Origin: Candidatus Micrarchaeota archaeon
GTDB taxonomy: Archaea; Micrarchaeota; Micrarchaeia; Micrarchaeales; Micrarchaeaceae
Assembly: GCA_021800515.1 (NCBI GenBank)
Contig: JAJYYU010000001.1
Location: 6,975 to 70,974, forward strand
Length of the DNA stretch: 64,000 bases
Direction: 5' to 3'
The notes beneath the pieces are model-generated. The model worked only from the letters and a program-made list of their open reading frames with translations, did not search any database and was not told the origin of the DNA. The stretch's first letter is position 1. Each line of letters opens with the position of its first letter. Positions 40,236-47,620 of this stretch are shown here, one piece after another. Both the position numbers and the translations under genes were made by a program.

Positions 40236-40895
40236 TATTAAATAAAATATTAAATGGGTAATTACGAAGTAATTACATAATAAATACTTTATGCCATTTT
40301 TAACTTTTAATTATTTGCTTAATTTCTATATGCAGAATAGGGTAATGATTAAATAGTAAGTATTAAAAAGGAATAAGTAAATAAATAAAACTATTATTTC
40401 AATGGTTTTGATCAGAATTCCATGTAGATAAAGCTGTACAATTCTTGTTTATGCTTTATATTTTTATTTTATAATTTTTATTTTGTAATTTATATTTTAT
40501 AATTTAAAGGTTTCTGTCTTATAATTTAAATATCTTATTTCAGATAGCAAATGCAAAAATGTTTAAGCCACAAATCAGATAAATAAAAACAAAGCAAAAC
40601 ATGAGAGAATACAGAATAATGGTTGATGCACAAAATTTTTCTCCAATTGAAAGATTAACAACAAGCCAAAGGCAAGGGCGATTAAATAACTGAGGATAAC
40701 AAGAAAGCTGAAGACAATATAAATAGGGCTGAAGAGTTCGATAACACTACAGCGCAGGAAAATAAAAATACGCAGAATGATAATGCTGAAGCACATGATG
40801 CAGAAAGCAATCATAAAAAAGAGGAAGCATCAGCTGTCCAGGACGTTGCAGCAAAGCAGGTTCCTAAGAATCCGAAAGAAGAAGAGCTAGACAAG

Positions 40896-41480
40896 TTGAG
40901 GGAAGTAATAAACGGCCTCAGGCAGCAGAGGAATGACCTTATAAAACAGATAAAAGAAAATAAGTACAGGCTTTACTATAAAGAGAGCGAAAAGGCAGGC
41001 ATAACAAAGATGCTGAATGAGACACAGGATACGACTGACTTCAAGAAAATTTCATACCTGAAAAGGCTTAAAAATAGGCTGGAATTTAAGATTTCTACTT
41101 CACCTCTTTCTCTTAAGGAGGAGAAAGATATCGCAAGGAAGGTAAACGAAGTCAATGAAGAGCTCTCAAAATCAATGAAATTTGTAAGAATGAAAAGGAA
41201 GTTGGAACTTGTTGAAAAAGATATAGTGCAGTACCAGACAAGCGTTACTGATCTTAATGAAAAGATCTCTGCGATAGACCTTAAACTTGACGACTATTTC
41301 TCAAAACTAAGGGCGTTGAGCAGGTCAGGCAGGAAGCCCGGCGAGTACCAGCACAGGGAAAGGCAATATAAAGAGCATGGTCATGGCGAGGACAATAGGA
41401 AATATGAGGTAAAAGAAACCCCTAATTTCAGTATAGAAGATATTGTTGTCATAAAGAAACCAAAAGCCAGCAAGCAATAG
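40896..41480 (+). CDS. hypothetical coiled-coil protein
   Basis: 194 aa from a TTG start, with heptad-like Lys/Glu-rich sequence. The same frame is open for 210 nt upstream (from 40686) without an ATG/GTG/TTG start; see findings. Confidence 0.5.
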   Translation: MREVINGLRQQRNDLIKQIKENKYRLYYKESEKAGITKMLNETQDTTDFKKISYLKRLKNRLEFKISTSPLSLKEEKDIARKVNEVNEELSKSMKFVRMKRKLELVEKDIVQYQTSVTDLNEKISAIDLKLDDYFSKLRALSRSGRKPGEYQHRERQYKEHGHGEDNRKYEVKETPNFSIEDIVVIKKPKASKQ

Positions 41481-41610
41481 GCAAGTAACCATAGCAAGTA
41501 TCAGTGGCGCGATAGTGCGCAATGCATAATATATAATAGTGCATAGCGTCGTAAGGCCACATAAACAATAAAAATATAAATGCATAAGTCATTAATTAAT
41601 AGATGTAAAT

Positions 41611-42918
41611 ATGAAAATTAAATTTTTTGGAGCAGCACAGGAGGTTGGAAGGAGCTGCATCATGATTTCTACAGACAGGACAAAAATCCTGCTTGATAGC
41701 GGAATAAAACTAGGAAAAAGGGAGGAGTATCCCCTAATAGACGATGAGGAAATACGGCAGATAGATGCGATATTCATCTCACATGCACATATAGATCATA
41801 TGGGATTTCTGCCCTTTCTTTACGCAAAGCATTACCAAAACAATATATATGCGACAAAACCTACGATTGAGCTGATAAACGTTCTGCTGAGCGACTATCT
41901 CAAAATCAACACGGATCTCAATTTTGACAAGAACATCCTAAATTCGCTGAATGCAAAGTTCAGGATAATAGACTACAAAAAGGAGTTCAAGTTCAGGGAT
42001 TTAACAATAAAGATGATTCCTGCAGGCCATATACTCGGAAGCGCATTGATAAGCGTGAGCGATGGCAAAGATACCATACTCTATACAGGAGATGTGAACC
42101 TGCTTAAAACAAGGCTTTTAAACGGCGCAGACATTAAGAACCTGCAGGCGACAACGCTTATAACAGAGACGACGTATGGCGGGGATAATGACATATTCCC
42201 AGACGAGAAAAAAGTCGCAAAGGATATGCTCAATTCGATCAATGAGTCTGCGAAGACTGATTCGAAGATAATAATACCCAGCTTTGCTGTAGGCAGGGCG
42301 CAGGAAATACTTTTTTTCCTAGATGACTACATAAACTCTGGTGCCATGCAAAAGATACCGATATATGTAGATGGGATGATAAGCAAGGTCATGCGCATAT
42401 ACAGGCATAATGTGATTTTCTGCAGGAAGGAACTCCAGAGCAGGATACTGATGAGCGACTACGATCCGTTCAAGAGCAAGAACTTCAAGATTGTCGAGAG
42501 GAAGACAAGGACGGAAATAATAGCGAGCCAGGAGCCATGCATGATTGTCACGACCAGTGGAATGCTTTCAGGGGGCCCTGTAATGTTCTATCTCTCGAGG
42601 CTCGCCGGCAAGAAAGAGAATAAGCTTATCCTTGTAGGATACCAGGCGCAGGGCACGATGGGTAGGGATCTTCAGGACGGCGCGTCCAGGGTCACGATAA
42701 ACAATGCCCCTGTGGATATACGCCTTAGCGTAGAGACATACCGCATTTCAGCGCATGCCGACAGGAGGCAGCTGGAGATGATGATTTCTAAAATAAGAGG
42801 CCTTAAGAATATATTTCTGGTCCACGGCGAAATCACCAAAATGCAGCAGTTCCAGGCAAAGCTGAAGGACAAGTACAATGTGACGATTCCTCAGCTCAAC
42901 CAGGAATATGAAGCATGA
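41611..42918 (+). CDS. beta-CASP / metallo-beta-lactamase fold RNase (aCPSF2-like)
   Basis: 435 aa. FGAAQEVGRSC, HxHxDH motif ISHAHIDHMG, and C-terminal beta-CASP His context RISAHADRRQL. No KH domains. Confidence 0.85.
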   Translation: MKIKFFGAAQEVGRSCIMISTDRTKILLDSGIKLGKREEYPLIDDEEIRQIDAIFISHAHIDHMGFLPFLYAKHYQNNIYATKPTIELINVLLSDYLKINTDLNFDKNILNSLNAKFRIIDYKKEFKFRDLTIKMIPAGHILGSALISVSDGKDTILYTGDVNLLKTRLLNGADIKNLQATTLITETTYGGDNDIFPDEKKVAKDMLNSINESAKTDSKIIIPSFAVGRAQEILFFLDDYINSGAMQKIPIYVDGMISKVMRIYRHNVIFCRKELQSRILMSDYDPFKSKNFKIVERKTRTEIIASQEPCMIVTTSGMLSGGPVMFYLSRLAGKKENKLILVGYQAQGTMGRDLQDGASRVTINNAPVDIRLSVETYRISAHADRRQLEMMISKIRGLKNIFLVHGEITKMQQFQAKLKDKYNVTIPQLNQEYEA

Positions 42919-43024
42919 GCAATATCCTGTGTGCTTCAGTCATGTAAACAGAACATCATTCGCTTAAACCAGGATAAGGCCCATTTGAACGAAAACTTAT
43001 TAAGGGTTTTCTCCCTATATATTC

Positions 43025-43088
43025 TAAACTTCTTAGGAAGAAGTTCAATCAAGAAAGAAACTTTTAAGAAAAGTTTCATCAAAAGAAA
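43025..43088 (+). repeat. tandem hairpin-element dimer (type I + type II)
   Basis: TAAACTTCTTAGGAAGAAGTTCAATCAAGAAAGAAACTTTTAAGAAAAGTTTCATCAAAAGAAA. The first unit is 29/33 identical to the tRNA-Thr intron unit. The second unit (43055..43085) is 28/31 identical to the tRNA-Ala intron. Confidence 0.85.
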
Positions 43089-43154
43089 ATCAAAAAATCT
43101 GTGAGATAAAATTGCAATGCAATAAACATTACATTTTAATCCTGGAGTGTGTAT

Positions 43155-43607
43155 ATGAAAAAAAATAACAAGAGTAACAAAGAGGAACTTGAAAAAATCA
43201 GGAAACTGAACCTGCTTGATAAAATACTGAAGAGAACAGATATTGAAAATACCTTACTTTCAAATTCCTCAAAGGATTCAGAATCTGTGAATGATTCTTT
43301 TATTGATTCTGTTCTTGAAAAAACAAGCAATGACCCTCACATAAGCAATGAATTGAAGGTCATAGAAGATCTCACAAAAAAAGAAAATGCTGCAAAAAGA
43401 ATAACGCACAATGTCAAGCATATAGTAAAGCATTACACTAAAAAGGCAATCACAAAAACAAAAGCAGTTTCTGCTGCATTAAAGAAGAAACCCATACCTA
43501 CAAAAAAAGCAAACTCCAAAAAACCAAATGCAAAGATTTCAGCCAAAAAGCGCATTCAGAATAAGAAACCAAATTCCAAAAAAGGAAAATCAAAAAAGAA
43601 GAGATAA
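43155..43607 (+). CDS. hypothetical Lys-rich basic protein
   Basis: About 150 aa with an extremely basic C-terminal third (KKKPIPTKKANSKKPNAKISAKKRIQNKKPNSKKGKSKKKR). No family recognised. Confidence 0.5.
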   Translation: MKKNNKSNKEELEKIRKLNLLDKILKRTDIENTLLSNSSKDSESVNDSFIDSVLEKTSNDPHISNELKVIEDLTKKENAAKRITHNVKHIVKHYTKKAITKTKAVSAALKKKPIPTKKANSKKPNAKISAKKRIQNKKPNSKKGKSKKKR

Positions 43608-43688
43608 AGATCCAACTAAAAATAAATAACAACTTTTATAAATTAAATTAATATAATAAAATAAATATTTTATAATTTAGTGGTTTTC

Positions 43689-43862
43689 ATGAAGATTAAA
43701 GGAAAAAAAGTCCGATTCGAGTATATTAGAAGTGTAAATGATAAAGGGCAAACCAAGAAAATAGAAATTGATATAAGTTCTCTTAGAAAAGAGGATATAA
43801 AGGACTTAAAAGATTTCGAGAAACTTGGGGAGCATTATGGCAAACTAATGAGGCATTTATAA
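43689..43862 (+). CDS. hypothetical small protein
   Basis: 57 aa from the ATG (ORF open from GTG 43680). Charged, no family recognised. Confidence 0.3.
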   Translation: MKIKGKKVRFEYIRSVNDKGQTKKIEIDISSLRKEDIKDLKDFEKLGEHYGKLMRHL

Positions 43863-43905
43863 TAAAAGCATAGAATTTAAAATTCACTTTTTATATCCCT
43901 TTTTA

Positions 43906-44009
43906 TGGGCTCGTGGCTCAGTAGTGGAGCGCCTGCTTTGCAAAGAAACTTTTAGAAAAAGTTTCATCAAAACAGCAGGAGGCCGCGGGTGCGATTCCCG
44001 CCGAGTCCA
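43906..44009 (+). tRNA. tRNA-Ala(UGC) with a 31-nt intron at 37/38
   Basis: Hand-folded. Acceptor GGGCTCG/CGAGTCC includes the G3:U70 alanine identity pair. D arm GCTC-AGTAGTG-GAGC, anticodon stem CCTGC/GCAGG, loop UUUGCA|intron|A, T arm GCGGG-TGCGATT-CCCGC, discriminator A. Confidence 0.88.
43943..43973 (+). repeat. type II hairpin unit, equal to the tRNA-Ala intron
   Basis: AAGAAACTTTTAGAAAAAGTTTCATCAAAAC with a 9-bp stem GAAACTTTT/AAAAGTTTC. Near-identical copies lie at 35425..35455 and 43055..43085. Confidence 0.85.
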
Positions 44010-44023
44010 TACCTTGCTTAAAG

Positions 44024-44932
44024 TTAACTTGGTAAAGGCAGAGTATATTGTGAGAGCAATTGATTAGCTAAGAAAATAGCAAAAGGTTTCTGGTCTCCTT
44101 TATCTGCAGCTTCTATTGCGTTGTAATATTGTTCCTTGTTGGAAACCTCAATTATCACAGGGGGAAACTTATTTCTAAGCAATACCCAGTTCATAAGCAA
44201 TCTCGCCGTTCTCCCATTACCGTCTGTAAATGGATGTATGTTGACAAACCTATTATGTAAAAACGTAGAAAGCTCTATCGGATGCAATATCTTCCTTTCT
44301 GAATAAAATTCTGCAAATAGCTTTTCGATCAGTTTTGTAACATCTGCTGATTTTGGCGGAACATGCTCGGAACCAGATATCCTCACTTCATTATCCCTGT
44401 AATTCCCCTGTATTCTACAGGAAGTATTTTTTGTTATTTCATACTGTATATTGCATACATACTTTTTATTTAATTTATTTTTGTAGGATTTAGCAAAATT
44501 CCACGCATCAACTGCATTAAGAGCTTCAATCACATCATCTGCGCGAGTACCTTCAGGGGCTATCCTATCGCTAAGCACCAATGCCGTCTGTCTGAGCGTT
44601 AAACGATTGCCTTCTATTGCGTTGGTGTTGTATGTATACCTTACCATGAAGTCTTTTGGCAACACGTTTGTCAGTGTTTTATGAAACACAGTTATGGAAG
44701 CACTTAGGTCATCAACTTTTTCTACAAGTTCCTTTGGCAACCACCTAGTTTGGTACTGCTCCATGGCCTTTTTCTCTAACTCTACGAAGTATTTTTGCAA
44801 TTCTTTTTGCTTCGGTATTTTCCTACCTAAGAAGATTCTAAGCTTTTTCAATTTAGTCGGTGTTATCCTAATGTTCTTAACCAAGTAAAAGTAGAAATGC
44901 CCGCCATGTTTCTGTTTTTCTATAAATGACAT
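44024..44932 (-). CDS. Fic/DOC family protein
   Basis: 302 aa. Active-site motif HPFTDGNGRTARLLMN and an upstream inhibitory-helix-like motif TNAIEGN ((S/T)xxxE(G/N)). Confidence 0.88.
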   Translation of the reverse strand: MSFIEKQKHGGHFYFYLVKNIRITPTKLKKLRIFLGRKIPKQKELQKYFVELEKKAMEQYQTRWLPKELVEKVDDLSASITVFHKTLTNVLPKDFMVRYTYNTNAIEGNRLTLRQTALVLSDRIAPEGTRADDVIEALNAVDAWNFAKSYKNKLNKKYVCNIQYEITKNTSCRIQGNYRDNEVRISGSEHVPPKSADVTKLIEKLFAEFYSERKILHPIELSTFLHNRFVNIHPFTDGNGRTARLLMNWVLLRNKFPPVIIEVSNKEQYYNAIEAADKGDQKPFAIFLANQLLSQYTLPLPS

Positions 44933-44944
44933 GATATGTCTATG

Positions 44945-45000
44945 TTATATAGATATTTAAATATTGTGGACATAATGTCTACATTTATATAGATATTTAA
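44945..45000. promoter_or_regulatory. direct repeats flanking an imperfect palindrome upstream of the Fic gene
   Basis: Perfect 16-nt repeat TTATATAGATATTTAA at 44945..44960 and 44985..45000. Between them lies the near-palindrome TGTGGACATAATGTCTACA (44965..44983). The region sits 13-70 nt upstream of the Fic start. Confidence 0.3.
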
Positions 45001-45220
45001 TTATGTAGCCATACAGTTTTAAAGGTGCTGGCCACAACATATCATCGCGTATATGACAATGTGTTTTCGTCACGTTACTTGAAGGGTATGTATCGTCGAA
45101 TCCGCAAAATGCTTTGGGAAAGAATTTTATCAGAAAAGTCTTGGAAACAGGAAAGACAAAACTAGCAAATGCCACCAAGTCTAAAGTTTATAGAGATTAA
45201 TTTATTTCTTTTTGGTGGAG

Positions 45221-45916
45221 CTAAGAAACAGCCTGGCCATTTTGGCCTGTCCAGTAATAAGTCAATGTTTGTTTTATTGTTTTAGCTACATTATATTTAT
45301 TGTGGGTATAAAAGAGTATTATTATGTCGTTCCCTTTAAAGAAATTGCCTCTTGGCGGTGCGTAAGATTCTGAATTTAGATATTTAAGAATCTTTGCCTG
45401 TTTTTTATGACCATATAATGTCTTTGTTAGATAGGAAACGGCAAAAAACATTGCCGTGGTCTCGAATATATTATTCACCAGGTCTTGGATCTGATTTTTA
45501 GTTAATTTAAAACATTCTAATTTGCTCCAAAGTATGCTAGGGTCGTAAAATTTAATTCTCGTATGCTGGGCATGATGGAAAAAAGCATGGGAAAGTAATC
45601 CTTTATAAGTCAACTTTTGTTGTTGCCTTTGATTATAGGATTTAAGATAATTTGGATTTATTGATATTGTATTTTCCCAATATTCTTTAACATCTTTTAG
45701 ATTATAAGAAATTTTTAATTCAGGAAGATCCAATTCTATATCTGTCATACTTGTAAAGAAATCTCTTATATTTGGCAATTCCCTCTCTAATGAAGCCTTA
45801 TTTATCATACTAATTACCATACACTTTGCATAAAATGATTTGGTTGCAGCTTGCAATACCTTTATAATATTTCTTGCCTGCAATTCTTTATATGTTTCAT
45901 TAACCACTGTTGGCAA
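45221..45916 (-). CDS. hypothetical protein
   Basis: 231 aa from a TTG start (first ATG at 45820). No motif recognised. Same strand as the Fic gene. Confidence 0.45.
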   Translation of the reverse strand: MPTVVNETYKELQARNIIKVLQAATKSFYAKCMVISMINKASLERELPNIRDFFTSMTDIELDLPELKISYNLKDVKEYWENTISINPNYLKSYNQRQQQKLTYKGLLSHAFFHHAQHTRIKFYDPSILWSKLECFKLTKNQIQDLVNNIFETTAMFFAVSYLTKTLYGHKKQAKILKYLNSESYAPPRGNFFKGNDIIILFYTHNKYNVAKTIKQTLTYYWTGQNGQAVS

Positions 45917-46129
45917 TTGGTATTAATCCATATATTTATAGCGTTATAATATTTATGAACCTTCAAAACAAATACTTTCAATGCATTTGCCTGCCTTTGC
46001 TGGAGGAGTTAAATTATTATAAAACACTATAATTAGATATTCAAATTCTACGACGTTAAAAACGAAATAAAAACGAACGAATTAAATATCTATTTTAATA
46101 TATAGCTACTAAGGTATAGCGGTGATAGA

Positions 46130-46402
46130 ATGAACAGAATAAGAATGACGGCAATGGTTGCCGCAGTACTGACAATAGTCGGTATGGTAGGTATAGTTGG
46201 TGCGCAAAGCAGCACAACGCACGCGCCATTAGTAGGGGCGTCAACGCTCTCCAACATACCGAACGGTGCGAACGTACAAAGCAATGTACAAAGTGGACTG
46301 AACGTACAAAGCAATGTACAAAGCGGACTGAACGTTCAGCAAGTTGGCAGGGACTCCGACACGGCAAAAGCTGTGCAAGCAGGAGCTGAAATTGACAACT
46401 GA
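46130..46402 (+). CDS. small secreted/membrane protein with tandem NVQSNVQSGL repeats
   Basis: 90 aa. Hydrophobic N-terminus MTAMVAAVLTIVGMVGIVGA, repeat NVQSNVQSGL x2 plus a partial unit, and GC-rich codon usage unlike the flanks. Confidence 0.5.
   Translation: MNRIRMTAMVAAVLTIVGMVGIVGAQSSTTHAPLVGASTLSNIPNGANVQSNVQSGLNVQSNVQSGLNVQQVGRDSDTAKAVQAGAEIDN
46270..46339 (+). repeat. 30-nt tandem repeat, 2.3 copies, in frame
   Basis: GAACGTACAAAGCAATGTACAAAGTGGACT / GAACGTACAAAGCAATGTACAAAGCGGACT / GAACGTTCAG. Confidence 0.85.
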
Positions 46403-46429
46403 TGGAAGAAGGAGTCAGGCACTGGCCTG

Positions 46430-46449
46430 CCCGCCAATTCTTTGGCGGG
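46430..46449 (+). terminator. GC-rich hairpin after the repeat-protein gene
   Basis: CCCGCCAA-TTCT-TTGGCGGG, an 8-bp perfect stem 28 nt after the stop at 46402. No T-run follows, so function is uncertain. Confidence 0.3.
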
Positions 46450-46494
46450 GTCAGTGCAGAAGCAAGATTTTAGAATCATATAAAGGTTGAATTT

Positions 46495-46731
46495 ATGCGG
46501 CAAAGAGCGGCGAAACCATTGACGATTGTAGTTTTTGGGCTAATGTTAGTAGCTGGTGTTACTATGTTGGTCTTTGGATATGGGAATATCAACCGCAATG
46601 GACTGATCCATGCCTTAGAAATGAAAGAGGTTATTTTCCTGTTCGGTATATATGTACTGTTAATCTGGGCGCTGCTGGTCTATGCCGCGCTGTTCAGGAA
46701 GGAAAAGCCAGAGCTTAAAATAAAACGGTGA
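46495..46731 (+). CDS. small two-TM membrane protein
   Basis: 78 aa with two hydrophobic helices (LTIVVFGLMLVAGVTMLVF and VIFLFGIYVLLIWALLVYAAL). Its stop overlaps the next ORF. Confidence 0.5.
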   Translation: MRQRAAKPLTIVVFGLMLVAGVTMLVFGYGNINRNGLIHALEMKEVIFLFGIYVLLIWALLVYAALFRKEKPELKIKR

Positions 46732-46736
46732 AATTA

Positions 46737-47603
46737 ATGAGCAAGACATGGCACACAAAAAAGAGAATACTCAAAATTCTTTCGAAGCAGGCGCGCACGC
46801 CAGGAGAGATAGGTAAACTCCTGGAGTTGTCGCCATCCACCGTGAGTGTGCATATTGCTGAACTTGAAGGAATGGGCGCGATAGAAAGAGTAGAGAACAA
46901 TTATGTCAAACGGTGGAAATATTATCGCATAAAGCAGGGATTCGACATTGAAAAGGCCATTCGCGTCAAGGAAGTCAACATTATACCTCTTATACTGATG
47001 GGCGTTGCCATAGTTGCATTCATTGGCGTTGGTGTATTCATCGGCTTGGTGCAGCACAGAGGGCAGGTGGCAACTACTTTAACAATCCAACTGACAGATC
47101 CGCCGAATGTGCCCAATGGCACGCAAGGTTTGTTGGTGTCATATTCTTCTATCCAGGTTCGCATGCGGGGTTCATCAGGATGGATTACTGATAATACCAC
47201 AGGCATAGTAAACTTGATGTCACTGGCAAATGTAAGTGAGGTGGTAGGAAAGCTCAAAGTGCCGGTGAATGCCAGTGTTGGCGTGATCAGATTCAATATA
47301 ACTTCCGCTAGGATACTTATAGGCAACAAGACCTATAATGTAGACGTACTTAATCATCAGCTAAACGCCAATGTTATTGGTAGTGGCGTGTCTGGCAACA
47401 TATCCGTACTTATGGATATGAACACCAAGATCGCTGTCGCACCGAATGAGACTTACATGCTTGTAACTTCGCTTAAAGCCGTCGCTGTAAACAACATTGA
47501 TGCAAATGAACAGATAGGCTCGACAAACCAGCTTAATAGGAGTGTAAAGAATAAGCTAAATCAAATAGGCGGCGGCAATAATATTACAAGCAGCGGCTCA
47601 TAA
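46737..47603 (+). CDS. winged-HTH (ArsR-like) - TM - extracytoplasmic domain protein
   Basis: N-terminal KKRILKILSKQARTPGEIGKLLELSPSTVSVHIAELEGMGAIERV, then TM IIPLILMGVAIVAFIGVGVFIGLV. The following domain begins LTIQLTDPPNVPNG, possibly DUF4382-like. ORF is open from GTG 46728. Confidence 0.6.
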   Translation: MSKTWHTKKRILKILSKQARTPGEIGKLLELSPSTVSVHIAELEGMGAIERVENNYVKRWKYYRIKQGFDIEKAIRVKEVNIIPLILMGVAIVAFIGVGVFIGLVQHRGQVATTLTIQLTDPPNVPNGTQGLLVSYSSIQVRMRGSSGWITDNTTGIVNLMSLANVSEVVGKLKVPVNASVGVIRFNITSARILIGNKTYNVDVLNHQLNANVIGSGVSGNISVLMDMNTKIAVAPNETYMLVTSLKAVAVNNIDANEQIGSTNQLNRSVKNKLNQIGGGNNITSSGS

Positions 47604-47620
47604 TATAAGTTGCTTGGAGA

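Noticed and set aside
40575-40814. 79-aa minus-strand hydrophobic ORF
   Set aside because: It lies opposite the purine-rich plus-strand frames discussed in the frameshift finding. Its composition is what antisense of AAG/GAA-rich sequence produces.
43025-43088. Reverse complement of the hairpin units contains UGAUGA, considered as a C/D-box sRNA
   Set aside because: No CUGA D box or D' box lies at a suitable distance on either strand, and there are no terminal stem or guide-like segments.
44957-45178. 73-aa minus-strand ORF between the Fic gene and the 231-aa orphan
   Set aside because: It overlaps the repeat/palindrome control region, has no motif, and there is no coding-like periodicity that I can see.
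45221-45916. 231-aa island ORF considered as the missing integrase
   Set aside because: I could not place the R...HxxR...Y tetrad of tyrosine recombinases or a serine-recombinase N-terminal motif. It is left as hypothetical and flagged for profile and structure search only.
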